The notes below the pieces were generated by a model that saw only the letters and a list, made by a program, of their open reading frames with translations, had not been told where the DNA came from and ran no database searches. A stretch of 64,000 nt of DNA from Desulfosudaceae bacterium (GTDB lineage Bacteria; Desulfobacterota; Desulfobacteria; Desulfobacterales; Desulfosudaceae). A program made the translations under genes and the position numbers. The stretch is from the NCBI GenBank assembly GCA_963674745.2, contig CAXXDV010000003.1, forward strand, positions 1,312,001 to 1,376,000, given 5' to 3'. Below, piece by piece: positions 50,220 to 62,598 of the stretch (positions are counted from its first letter, which is position 1; each line of letters begins with the position of its first letter).

Positions 50220-50921
50220 TTAATCTCTGCCGCCGCCGAGAATGTTAAGCAGGAACTGAAACATGAGAATAAAGTCAAGATAAAGTGTCAGAGCGCCCAT
50301 AATGGCGCCTTTTCTGACCACTCCGGCATCCAGGCCTTGCGGCTGGGTCAGGGCCATATTTTTCAGTTTCTGGGTATCATATGCGGTAAGGCCGACAAAA
50401 ATAAACACACCAAGATAGTTAATAATCATGGTGAGCCCGGAGTGATGGAAGAAAAAATTGACAATCATGGCAATGAAAAGGCCGATAAAGCCCATCATCA
50501 TGAACTGTCCCATGCCGGTTAAATCCCGTTTGGTCACCATGCCGTAGATGCTGCATGTGCCGAATGTGGCTGCAGTGATAAAAAATGCCGAAGCGATGGT
50601 AGCCTTGGCAAAGGCAAGGAAAATGACGGACATGGTCAGGCCGTTGAGCATGGCGTAGATGACAAACATTGCCGTTGCTGTTTTGGCTTCCATTTTGGCG
50701 ATTTTGAAAGACAGGTAAAACACCAGGCCCAGTTCAGCAATTATAAGGGGTATGAAAAGACGCAAAACGACAGAAAGAATAGCAGGTTGTGAAGCCACAT
50801 AAAAAGCGATAATACCGGTAAGGGCGAGACCGACCGTCATCCAGTTGTAAACACTCTGGATGAAAGAGTTCACCACAGAACGGGTTTGAGTGGTTTCTCT
50901 GGCAAAAACAGGTTCGTTCAT
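50220..50921 (-). CDS. Bax inhibitor-1 / YccA family membrane protein
   Basis: VYNWM, TKRDL, TAYDTQKLK, GALTLYLDF; ~7 TM. Confidence 0.93.
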   Translation of the reverse strand: MNEPVFARETTQTRSVVNSFIQSVYNWMTVGLALTGIIAFYVASQPAILSVVLRLFIPLIIAELGLVFYLSFKIAKMEAKTATAMFVIYAMLNGLTMSVIFLAFAKATIASAFFITAATFGTCSIYGMVTKRDLTGMGQFMMMGFIGLFIAMIVNFFFHHSGLTMIINYLGVFIFVGLTAYDTQKLKNMALTQPQGLDAGVVRKGAIMGALTLYLDFILMFQFLLNILGGGRD

Positions 50922-51082
50922 TGAATCCTCCATATTCTTGATTCTTTAATTACGTTGATTACGTTTTTATAATTTGTTTTGTCCCGGTTGATTTTGGGAT
51001 TGCTAAATTTTTACAAATAATATAACACCTTTTTTAGGCATTTCAACCATGATAACGCTTTGCTCATAATAAAGTATTTAAA

Positions 51083-51346
51083 ATGAAACCCGATCAGCTC
51101 TATCATAACCTGAAAGAAACAGCCGAAAAGGTCGGGATAACGGTCAAGGAATCCAATTTTAAAAATACCGGCATCCATGTATCAAGCGGGTTATGCAAAA
51201 TCCGTGAAGAACAGTTTTTTATCATGGACAAGCGCCTGACCATTCGTGAAAAAATCGAAACCCTGGCTGAATGCTTAAGAGAGATGAATCTCGAAGCTGT
51301 TTATATTGTACCGGCCATCCGTGAACTTCTACAGCCACGCTCTTAA
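51083..51346 (+). CDS. Small conserved hypothetical protein
   Basis: 87-aa ORF, SGLCK...YIVPAIRE. Confidence 0.65.
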   Translation: MKPDQLYHNLKETAEKVGITVKESNFKNTGIHVSSGLCKIREEQFFIMDKRLTIREKIETLAECLREMNLEAVYIVPAIRELLQPRS

Positions 51347-51429
51347 TCCCGGCAGGCAGGGCACAATACCTGTTGCCTGAAGCCGGATTCCTGACATTCC
51401 CTCGACAACCTTATTTTTATAAATCTAAA

Positions 51430-51457
51430 AGTTTACATAATATATCTTATCAGACGT
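51430..51457. other. dif-like XerC/XerD chromosome dimer resolution site
   Basis: AGTTTACATAA-TATATC-TTATCAGACGT (11-6-11) aligns with E. coli dif reverse complement ATTTAACATAA-TATACA-TTATGCGCACC. Confidence 0.85.
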
Positions 51458-51981
51458 TATGGGTACGGCATATTGTTTTTAGACGGATTTTAAAGCCCGT
51501 GCGGTAAAAACCAGATACTACCGCACCTTTATTCGTTTTTTTTCAGCACGGTCAGATTCAAGTATCATTAATATATTTATTTCCAGGAAGTCCTGTAATC
51601 AGACATTATCTTTTACCTGGCTTATGACCGGATAAAAACGTGTTAATATTTTTCCGGGCTTTAAAAGATAAGAGCGTAAAATAAATCAAGGTGGCGGCAC
51701 GTAAAATATAAGGTATTCATCGTAGCGCAGCCGGCCGAATTGCTTCAATAGAATTTTATACAAAGCCCAAAAACTTAATATAAGAGTTTATTTTTTTATA
51801 TTTAATTGTTTGAAATAAATCATTTTATTGTTTTAATGAATTTTTTTTGTCCAGCCACGCCCTTGATTCTGCTGCCCGATATCATGACAAAACCATATAA
51901 AATCAAACACATATGTAGCGCATGAAACCTCAAAAAACGCCAAGGGACTGTCGTTTTTGATTTTTTTGACAACCGGTGATT

Positions 51982-52029
51982 CTACAACATGTTGTGTAAT
52001 GGTTAATATTTTTATACCCTAAATTGTGT
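51982..52029. promoter_or_regulatory. Tandem NrdR-box-like sites upstream of smc
   Basis: CTACAACATGTTGTGT (51982) and ATACCCTAAATTGTGT (52014), 32 bp apart. Confidence 0.55.
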
Positions 52030-52161
52030 TTTTTTCTTTACAAACGGAAAATGCTTTGATACTTCTCTATTCAAACAATCCAGCAAAAAACAACTTGTAC
52101 TGCTATCTCTTAATCCAATTATTATCTGCCCGGTTTTAATAAGTGGCAGGAGGAGTGTTCA

Positions 52162-55100
52162 ATGAGGCTTAAACAACTTGAACTTTCAGGATTTAAGTCT
52201 TTTCCGGAGAACGCGGTCATCAATTTCCCTTCCGGAATTTTTTCCATTGTCGGCCCCAATGGCTGTGGTAAGAGCAACATTATTGACGCCCTGAAATGGG
52301 TCATGGGTGAACAGAGCGCCCTTCAGCTGCGTGGAAAATCAATGGAAGATGTGATTTTTGCCGGTACCGACGATAAAACGCCGGTAAATATGGCGGAAGT
52401 CTCGCTGACCCTTGTTAACGACAATGGATCGGCACCGGAAGAATTGAAGCATCTGTCAGAGATCATGATTACCCGCCGGATGTACCGGTCCGGTGAACGG
52501 GCTTATTATATCAACAAGCAGCCCTGCCGGTTGAAAGATATTTATAACATTTTTATGGGCAGCGGCATGGGGGCGCGCTCCTATTCGATTATCCAGCAAG
52601 GCAATATCGGCGCCATTACCGAGGCAACGCCTGAGGATCGTCGTACGTTTATTGAAGACGCGGCCGGTGTTACCCGCTACATGACCCGAAAAATAGAGAC
52701 CTTGCGAAAAATAAAGGCAACCGATCAGGACCTGCTTCGGATTAAAGATATCATGGTCGAAGTCCAGAGGCGGATGAACAGCCTTAATCGTCAGGCCAAA
52801 GCAGCACAACGATTCAAAAATTATAAGGCCGCCATTAAAGAACTGGATATTCTGATTTCGCTGAACAAATATAATGATTATCATCAGAAAATCCAGGAGA
52901 CAGGCGCCCTACTCCAGTCCCTTCGAGACACGGATAACGTTCATGCCGCTGAGATCGGGAAACTGGATGCGGCCATAGAGGCCGTTAAATACGAAAAAGC
53001 GCTCAAAGACAGGGAGATATCTTCCTTAAAAGAGAAAAAGTTCGAAGCCCAACGCGTCATTGATAAGTCCGAAAAAGATCTCGATTATCTGCGACGGGAC
53101 AATGAACGCATTCAATCTGATACGGTCAGGCTGAAAGAGGAAGAAGCGCTTTTAAGTGAAAAAAATACCCGTATGGTAACCGAGATTACCGAAGCCGAAA
53201 CGACGGAAACCCGCATCAGGGAAGAAAATCTGCGATTAAAAGATGCACTGGCGGACAGACAGGACGCGTCTGGCGAGTTACTGCAGAAAATGACCGGCCT
53301 CAAGCAGCAGTTGGACAGCCGGAAAAACGATTTGATGCGGCTTACGGCCGATGAAGCCAGATACCATAATATCTGCCAGAATGCATCTGAGGACAAAGAA
53401 GCCCTGCAAAAGCGGAAACAGGAGATCCGGACCGACCGGATTTCAGCCGCCAGGAACGCTACCCGTTTAAAAAATGAACAGGAAAAAGTTCAGGAAGAAA
53501 TTGATGCCGTTACCGGCCGAATCCATCAACTTGACGAAGAAATCACTGTTACCGGCAACCGGCTGGACGCCAAACACAAGGCCTTGTCGGACCAGATCAA
53601 GCTTGTTCAGTCCACGGATATCGAACGAAACCGGATTAAATCAAAATATACGGAAATCAAAAAGCTGGATGAGAATTTTGAATGGTACCGGGATGGGGTT
53701 AAGAGTATTATGAAACAGGCGGCCAGCGAGGAGGCTGATTCGCAAACCGGTATTCTGGGTGTAATCGCCGATATCGTCAAACCGGAACCCGGCTATGAGG
53801 CAGCTACCGAAGCCGCTCTGGGTGAATCCCTGCAATATGTCCTGATCGACAACCAACAGTCCGGGGCCCGATGGATTGAGGACCTGCGCGTCCACCATTC
53901 CGGAAGAAGCGGCTTTATACCGGTTTCTGAATTCAGCAACGGTAATGACAGTTCTCAGGCATCAGCAACGACAACCGCTGAACGTCTTATTAACCATGTT
54001 TCGACCAATCCTGAATACAATCATATTATCAATTCTTTGATCGGACATGTATTTCTGGCAGAAGATGTTCATTCGGCCCTGGAACTCTGGCATACGCCAA
54101 ACGGTCCGGTTAAAAAGACCATTGTCACCCCCGAAGGTGACCTTGTTTCGTCTTTGGGGATCATTGTCGGTGGAAGCAAAGACAGAATGGACGGTATCCT
54201 GTCTAAAAAGCAGGAGATAGAAGATCTGGCCGGGCAGATGGACGACCTTAAGGTGGTACTTGAAAAAGCCCGGAAAACGCAATCGGAAATCGAAACGGAT
54301 GTCAGGGAGATTGAAGAAGACCTGCAGAAGTTAAAAAACGACAGAAACCATGCTGCCGCCCGTAAGATTGATCTTGAAAAAGATCTTTACAGAATTTCTT
54401 CGGATCTTGATGCGGCCGGTCAGCGTCTGGAAATCCTGGAACTTGAAGAGCAGCAGCTGGATGGTGAAGAAACAGACCTGGATGATGAGATCAATAAATT
54501 TAACCAGGCGCTGGCGACAATCCGGCAGCGGATCGGGGAAGCAGAAGCACAGATTGCACAATTCAACGAATCACTGGGCAATGTGTCCGAAGAATATGAA
54601 GCGTTTAACGAAACAACCATGGAGTTAAAGCTGAAGTTATCCGGTTCTGAAGCTGAACTGGAAAGTAACCGTAAGACAATGGAAAGGCTTCAGGCGTTTC
54701 AACGTGATACCGTGCAACGCCGGGAACAGATTGTTTCCGATATCGCCGTCAAACAGGAAAAGATTGAGGCCATAAAACTATCCATAACCCAGTACGAGAG
54801 CAATCTGTCTTCATCTTATGACAGTCTCAAGCAATTGGAAGAGAAGCTGGCAGAGTACGAAACAGTTTATAATGATATCTCTGAAAAAATATCGGAAACC
54901 GATCGCAAGTTTTCCGATATTCGCAGCCAGCGTGAAAAAAACGCGGAAAAGATCCGCTTTTTGGAAAGAGAGCAGTCAGACCGGTCGGTTAAGCAGGAAA
55001 GCATTGTTCATAAGCTCGAAGATCTTTATCACTCCCCGTTTCAAACCATCAGGCGGGATTATGATCAGCAGCTGTTGGAGACAGACAAGTCCATGGCCGA

Positions 55101-55776
55101 TATGGAGACCGAATTGACCGAGTTGCGGGAAAAACTGTCCCGAATCGGAGATGTCAACCTGGGGGCGATAAGTGAGTTTGAAGAGCAGAAGGAGCGGCTT
55201 GAATTCCTGACCGCTCAGCATGACGACCTGGTCGCGGCGATAGACGACCTTCATGAGGTTATCAAAAAGATCAATCGTGTTTCACAGCAGCTCTTTTTAG
55301 ACACCTTTCATTCTATTAACCAGAAGATGAATGAAGTCTTCCCCCGCCTGTTTGACGGCGGTTCCGCCGAAATGGTGTTGTCCGAACCCAATAAGCCCCT
55401 TGAAAGCGGCGTGGAGCTGATGATTCGATTGCCCGGCAAAAAGGTGTCCCGCCTGTCGCTTTTGTCCGGTGGCGAAAAAGCCCTTTCGGCGATAGCGTTT
55501 ATTTTTTCCATATTTCTCTTAAAACCTACATCATTCTGCCTGATGGATGAAATCGACGCGCCCCTTGACGAAGCCAATGTTTACCGTTTTAATGAATTAT
55601 TGAAAATCATCGGGGAAAAATCCCAGATTATTATGATAACGCACAACAAAAAAACCATGGAGTTCGCCGATCAATTGCTCGGGGTCACCATGGAGAAAAA
55701 AGGTGTTTCCAAAATCGTGTCGGTCGATCTTGCCAATGGCAATGGCCGTAAACCGCAACTGGCGATGGTTAATTAA
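52162..55776 (+). CDS. smc: Chromosome segregation protein SMC
   Basis: GFKSF, GPNGCGKSN, coiled coils, hinge GRSGFIP, LSGGEK, MDEIDAPLD. Confidence 0.97.
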   Translation: MRLKQLELSGFKSFPENAVINFPSGIFSIVGPNGCGKSNIIDALKWVMGEQSALQLRGKSMEDVIFAGTDDKTPVNMAEVSLTLVNDNGSAPEELKHLSEIMITRRMYRSGERAYYINKQPCRLKDIYNIFMGSGMGARSYSIIQQGNIGAITEATPEDRRTFIEDAAGVTRYMTRKIETLRKIKATDQDLLRIKDIMVEVQRRMNSLNRQAKAAQRFKNYKAAIKELDILISLNKYNDYHQKIQETGALLQSLRDTDNVHAAEIGKLDAAIEAVKYEKALKDREISSLKEKKFEAQRVIDKSEKDLDYLRRDNERIQSDTVRLKEEEALLSEKNTRMVTEITEAETTETRIREENLRLKDALADRQDASGELLQKMTGLKQQLDSRKNDLMRLTADEARYHNICQNASEDKEALQKRKQEIRTDRISAARNATRLKNEQEKVQEEIDAVTGRIHQLDEEITVTGNRLDAKHKALSDQIKLVQSTDIERNRIKSKYTEIKKLDENFEWYRDGVKSIMKQAASEEADSQTGILGVIADIVKPEPGYEAATEAALGESLQYVLIDNQQSGARWIEDLRVHHSGRSGFIPVSEFSNGNDSSQASATTTAERLINHVSTNPEYNHIINSLIGHVFLAEDVHSALELWHTPNGPVKKTIVTPEGDLVSSLGIIVGGSKDRMDGILSKKQEIEDLAGQMDDLKVVLEKARKTQSEIETDVREIEEDLQKLKNDRNHAAARKIDLEKDLYRISSDLDAAGQRLEILELEEQQLDGEETDLDDEINKFNQALATIRQRIGEAEAQIAQFNESLGNVSEEYEAFNETTMELKLKLSGSEAELESNRKTMERLQAFQRDTVQRREQIVSDIAVKQEKIEAIKLSITQYESNLSSSYDSLKQLEEKLAEYETVYNDISEKISETDRKFSDIRSQREKNAEKIRFLEREQSDRSVKQESIVHKLEDLYHSPFQTIRRDYDQQLLETDKSMADMETELTELREKLSRIGDVNLGAISEFEEQKERLEFLTAQHDDLVAAIDDLHEVIKKINRVSQQLFLDTFHSINQKMNEVFPRLFDGGSAEMVLSEPNKPLESGVELMIRLPGKKVSRLSLLSGGEKALSAIAFIFSIFLLKPTSFCLMDEIDAPLDEANVYRFNELLKIIGEKSQIIMITHNKKTMEFADQLLGVTMEKKGVSKIVSVDLANGNGRKPQLAMVN

Positions 55777-55803
55777 ATCAAATTCTCGAGTTCATCAAAT
55801 ATT

Positions 55804-56895
55804 ATGGCTTTTAATATATTCAAAAAAAAATCCAAACAGCCCAAAGAAACGTCAGCAGAAGCCGGCAAAGAAGACGATGTTTCGTTGATACCGGATCGTC
55901 CGGAAGAGCCAACCGAAGAGGCCGAAACAGAAACACCGGATATGCCCCTCCCTGAAACGCCTTCTTCTGATCCACCACCCTCTTCCACCCCGGGTTTTTA
56001 CCAGCGCCTGAGAAACGGGCTTACCAAAACCCGTAAACTGTTGACGACGGATATCGATGAACTTTTCAGTTCCGGAAAACAACTTTCCCCGGACGATCTT
56101 GATGAACTGGAAGAACGCCTTATCACTGCGGATATCGGTGTTAAAACCGCTATGGAAATAATGGATCGTCTTTCCAGTACCAAGATAACCGATGCCGACC
56201 ATCTTCGAACCAGTCTTAAGGACATCTTTCTGTCATACCTGGAGACAGAAAGAGAACCGGTGGTCGAAGATCCGGATCTGGTTAGCGGTCCCCGGATAAT
56301 TCTTGTCGTCGGTGTAAACGGTGTCGGCAAAACAACGACCATCGGGAAACTTGCCGCCAGATATGTCCGGGACGGGAAAAAGGTTATGCTGGTGGCAGCC
56401 GATACTTTTCGGGCCGCCGCAATGGAGCAGCTGGAGATCTGGGCTCAAAGAACGGGTGCCGATTTTATCAAGCACCGTGAAAACGCCGATCCGGCCGCGG
56501 TTGTTTTTGACGGGATTGAAGCCGCGCGTGCGCGGGGTATTGATATTGTTTTGATTGACACCGCCGGTCGTTTACACACCAAGGTCAACCTCATGGAAGA
56601 GTTGAAAAAAGTAAAACGAACGATAACCAAAAAAAATTCCGACGCACCGCATGAGGTGCTACTGGTACTGGATGCGACTACCGGCCAGAATGCCTTATCC
56701 CAGGCGGAAATGTTCGTTCAGGCCACCGGTGTCACAGCAATTGCCTTGACCAAGCTGGATGGTACAGCCAAAGGCGGTATCGTGGTCAATCTCTGTCATA
56801 CCTTTAATGTTCCGCTGCGGTATATCGGCGTCGGGGAACAGATCACGGATTTGCAGCCTTTTGAACCGGAAGAATTTATCGACGCATTGTTTTAG
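55804..56895 (+). CDS. ftsY: Signal recognition particle receptor FtsY
   Basis: Acidic N-terminus, GVNGVGKTT, DTFRAAA, DTAGR, TKLDGTAKGG. Confidence 0.97.
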   Translation: MAFNIFKKKSKQPKETSAEAGKEDDVSLIPDRPEEPTEEAETETPDMPLPETPSSDPPPSSTPGFYQRLRNGLTKTRKLLTTDIDELFSSGKQLSPDDLDELEERLITADIGVKTAMEIMDRLSSTKITDADHLRTSLKDIFLSYLETEREPVVEDPDLVSGPRIILVVGVNGVGKTTTIGKLAARYVRDGKKVMLVAADTFRAAAMEQLEIWAQRTGADFIKHRENADPAAVVFDGIEAARARGIDIVLIDTAGRLHTKVNLMEELKKVKRTITKKNSDAPHEVLLVLDATTGQNALSQAEMFVQATGVTAIALTKLDGTAKGGIVVNLCHTFNVPLRYIGVGEQITDLQPFEPEEFIDALF

Positions 56896-57190
56896 TCATT
56901 TCACGCCAGCCCCTGCCCGTGGTCGCGATATGGCCATCTTACCTTTTTTGAAAACGTTCTCCAATCTCTGTAACCCCTTACTGATTAAGGGCTTACAAAA
57001 AAAATCGCATTCTCAATGATATGTAGTCGACATAGGCGAATCGCCTGAAACGCATGATACAAGGGGGATTATAAAGAAAAAAAAACGCGATACATTGAAA
57101 AATCTATTGACATTAAGGTTTAGTGCGTGCAAAGTTTCATGGTAAGAGCCTTTCTAAAGAACTGTTAACACTAATTTGGGGGAAATCGCT

Positions 57191-57463
57191 ATGACAAAAT
57201 CTGAATTAATTGACAAGATGGCAAAAGATGCCGGTATTTCCAAAGTAGCTGCCGGCGCGGCTTTAAACTCATTTATGGACGGCGTGACCAAAGCCCTTAA
57301 GAAAAAGGACGGGAAAGTGACGTTGGTCGGTTTCGGTACTTTCTCTAAAGTTCACCGCAAAGGCCGTAAAGGCCGCAATCCTCAGACCGGTGCGGCGATC
57401 AAAATTAAGGCACGCAATGTCGTAAAGTTCAAGGCCGGTAAAAAATTATCTGACGCCGTTTAA
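57191..57463 (+). CDS. hup: HU family DNA-binding protein
   Basis: MTKSELI, GFGTF, GRNPQTG, FKAGK. Confidence 0.95.
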   Translation: MTKSELIDKMAKDAGISKVAAGAALNSFMDGVTKALKKKDGKVTLVGFGTFSKVHRKGRKGRNPQTGAAIKIKARNVVKFKAGKKLSDAV

Positions 57464-57493
57464 CAGCCCTGCAGGTTTTGTTGTACCAGTTTT

Positions 57494-57542
57494 AAAAGCG
57501 ACGGTTTATTGCCTTTTCAAGCAGTAAACCGTCGCTTTTTTT
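57494..57542. terminator. Bidirectional intrinsic terminator
   Basis: AAAAGCGACGGTTTATTGC...GCAGTAAACCGTCGCTTTT. Confidence 0.85.
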
Positions 57543-57609
57543 GTTTAGTGGTTTAACCTTTCGGGTTCATTTCCCGAATTTTCAGCCAGGTTGAATGGAA
57601 ATGATTTTT

Positions 57610-57891
57610 TTAATACCGGACATTGAACCCATCACACCCCTCGGTTGAAGACTGTTCCGATGCCTTGACCTGTTCCACTCTGGCTGACGGAGGTCCTTGA
57701 CGACACCACTCAAGAACATCTTCAACGCGTGGCCGTTCACCTTCAAAAACCGCTTCCACACTGCCATCCGGCAGGTTTCTGACCCAGCCGCTAACACTGC
57801 AGGCATCCGCCTTTCTTTTGGTTTCCATGCGGAAAAACACCCCTTGGACGCGACCGGAAATAATGGCATGAACGCAAATATGATCTGACAT
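57610..57891 (-). CDS. acyP: Acylphosphatase
   Basis: GRVQGVFFR, GWVRNLPDGSVE, GPPSARV. Confidence 0.95.
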   Translation of the reverse strand: MSDHICVHAIISGRVQGVFFRMETKRKADACSVSGWVRNLPDGSVEAVFEGERPRVEDVLEWCRQGPPSARVEQVKASEQSSTEGCDGFNVRY

Positions 57892-57909
57892 CGCACCCTC
57901 CCCTCTTTA

Positions 57910-60156
<2,247 letters not shown>

Positions 60157-60161
60157 TCATA

Positions 60162-60416
60162 TTATTCAGGACCGGCCAGGTCAGATAGTTTATCCTTAAC
60201 TTCATCAATTATATCATAAAACCACAATATGTCTTCAATGGTCAGTCGTCCGGCCTTTGTGGGTGCCCGATCACTGCCGTCTTTTTTCTTCAGCAGTCTT
60301 GGCCCGATCTGTACCTTGGGCTGGCCATTGGCATATTGATTGATGGTAACAATCAGGCCGGTTTCTTCGCATTTCCATTGTTCCAGTACCTTGTCTTTCT
60401 CAGGATCAAAGGGCAT
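60162..60416 (-). CDS. Small conserved hypothetical protein
   Basis: 84-aa ORF with AAGGAG RBS in the glyQS-ligA run. Confidence 0.75.
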   Translation of the reverse strand: MPFDPEKDKVLEQWKCEETGLIVTINQYANGQPKVQIGPRLLKKKDGSDRAPTKAGRLTIEDILWFYDIIDEVKDKLSDLAGPE

Positions 60417-60484
60417 TTTCTCTCCTTATTTTAAGTCAAAAGTTAAACGATTCAACATCTCAACAACGAAACAGCTAAACGATA

Positions 60485-62581
60485 TCATTTCGTTTCCGTG
60501 GCAATGGCTGAAAAATCGGCAAATCCGGAAAAAAGTGATGAGATATTCAACAGCAGCGCCAGGCGATTGGCACGCAAAGCCGGGTCTTTATCCATGACAA
60601 GAACATCATCAAAAAAAGCGTCGACCGCCTGCCGTATGGCGGCAATTTCCACCAGGGCCTGTTCATACCTGCCCTGGCTCATTGTTTCCGCCACCCGGTC
60701 GGACGCATCCTGATACGTGGTGTACAAATGGTTTTCACTGGGATGTTGAAACAGCGCTTTATCCACCGGCCCGACATCGTCCATATTCGTTTTTTTAATA
60801 ATGTTGGCCACCCGTTTGAAAGCTACTGCCAGCGGCTCGAAATCAGGCCTGGATTTCATGGCAGCCAGAGCCCCTGCCCGGCGCCAAATATCCGGAATAT
60901 TATCCGCCGAAGCATTCAGCACGGCATTAACGACATCTTTTGGTACACCCTCATCAATCAAAAGCTGAGCAATTCTGCCCTGAAAAAAACCGACCACGGC
61001 GTCGGCGGCTTCTTCCAGGTCATTTTCCGCCAGAGCCGCATAAGGCTGTAACGCTTTTGTAACCAGCTCTTTTAAAGACAGGTTCAGGTTTCTGGCCAGC
61101 AGGATCTGGATGATGCCGATGCCCTGCCGCCTGAGTGCATAGGGGTCCGAGGCACCGCTGGGAATCAGACCGATGGCGAAACACCCGCAAATGGAATCGA
61201 TTTTATCAACAACGGCCAGCAAGGCGCCGCATAATGACTCAGGAAGGGAGGCGCCCGAAAAGGCCGGCTGATAATGTTCTTCAACCGCCCGTGACACAGT
61301 CGGTTTTTCACCATTGGCCAGCGCATATATTCTGCCCATGGTGCCCTGAAGCTTGGGAAATTCGATCACCATATGGGTCACCAGGTCGGCCTTGCAGAGC
61401 TGAGCGGCTCGTGAAAGATCGGCCGTAAGCCCGGCATCGTCCATATTCAGCATCCGGGTCAAATTCAAGGCCAGCGCCATCAACCTTTCCGTCTTTTCGT
61501 AGACAGATCCCAGCCTGGCCTGAAACAGCACCCGCCTCAGGCTGTCGATTCGATCGTCAAGGGAGATTTTAATATCGTTTTCATAAAAGAACATGGCGTC
61601 TTCCAGACGTGCGCGTAGAACCCGCTCATGGCCTTTTGTCACCTGCGACATATCAGAAGCACGGTTATTGTTGATAACGATAAAATGAGGCAGCAACCGG
61701 TCGCCATTGCCGCCCATGGCAAAATATTTCTGGTGTGATCGCATGGCGGTTATCAGGACCTCATCGGGAAGGGCCAGATATCTCTCCTCGAACCGTCCGG
61801 CGGCAGCTACGGGAAGCTCCACCATATTGGTGACCATGTCTATCAGGTCTTCATCAGGAAGAACCTGCCCTCCCAGGGAAGCGGATATCCGGCTGATTTC
61901 ATCGACCACCATTTGCCGGCGGGTTTTTATGTCGACAATAACATTTGCTTCGCGAAGGGCGTCTCTGTAGGCGTCGGGGTGATCGATCTTTATCCGGCCC
62001 GGGCTTAAAAACGGGTGACCCGAAGTATATTTATTGCTGGTGATGCCGGCCCAGGAAAACCTCACAATCTGTGCACCGAAGAGTGCCACAAGCGAGTGGA
62101 CCGGCCTGGCAAACAGTTCTTTGTGTTCCCCCCACTTCATGTTTTTTGGAAAAGTTATGGCGGAAAGCAGCCCGGGGAGTATTTCTTTCAATACGGCTGC
62201 CGTCTTCCGGCCTTTTTCGACCCGTTTGGCAACCAGGTATTCACCCTTATCCGTAGTGATGGTTTTCAGCGATGTGATTGGAACACCGGCTTTTTCAGCA
62301 AATTTACGGGCCGGCACCGTAAAGTTGCCATCAGCATCAATGGCCACCTTGACCGGCGGGCCGGTCATCGTTTCGGAAACATCGGCCTGCTTGGAAGCCA
62401 CGTCACTGACGATAACGGCCAGCCGCCGGGGCGTCCCGAAAGTCTCCATCATACCATGCCGGACACGCGCGGCGGTAAGCTTTTCCGTCAGTGATGCTTT
62501 CAGTGCGTCCAGTGCGGGTTCGATATACCCCGCGGGTAATTCTTCGGTGCCGATTTCAAACAGCAGGGTTTCAGACGTCAT
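60485..62581 (-). CDS. glyS: Glycine-tRNA ligase beta subunit
   Basis: FEIGTEELP, TPRRL, EFPKLQG, DPYALRR, NRLALL. Confidence 0.97.
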   Translation of the reverse strand: MTSETLLFEIGTEELPAGYIEPALDALKASLTEKLTAARVRHGMMETFGTPRRLAVIVSDVASKQADVSETMTGPPVKVAIDADGNFTVPARKFAEKAGVPITSLKTITTDKGEYLVAKRVEKGRKTAAVLKEILPGLLSAITFPKNMKWGEHKELFARPVHSLVALFGAQIVRFSWAGITSNKYTSGHPFLSPGRIKIDHPDAYRDALREANVIVDIKTRRQMVVDEISRISASLGGQVLPDEDLIDMVTNMVELPVAAAGRFEERYLALPDEVLITAMRSHQKYFAMGGNGDRLLPHFIVINNNRASDMSQVTKGHERVLRARLEDAMFFYENDIKISLDDRIDSLRRVLFQARLGSVYEKTERLMALALNLTRMLNMDDAGLTADLSRAAQLCKADLVTHMVIEFPKLQGTMGRIYALANGEKPTVSRAVEEHYQPAFSGASLPESLCGALLAVVDKIDSICGCFAIGLIPSGASDPYALRRQGIGIIQILLARNLNLSLKELVTKALQPYAALAENDLEEAADAVVGFFQGRIAQLLIDEGVPKDVVNAVLNASADNIPDIWRRAGALAAMKSRPDFEPLAVAFKRVANIIKKTNMDDVGPVDKALFQHPSENHLYTTYQDASDRVAETMSQGRYEQALVEIAAIRQAVDAFFDDVLVMDKDPALRANRLALLLNISSLFSGFADFSAIATETK

Positions 62582-62598
62582 TTTTCAATATTACCTTA

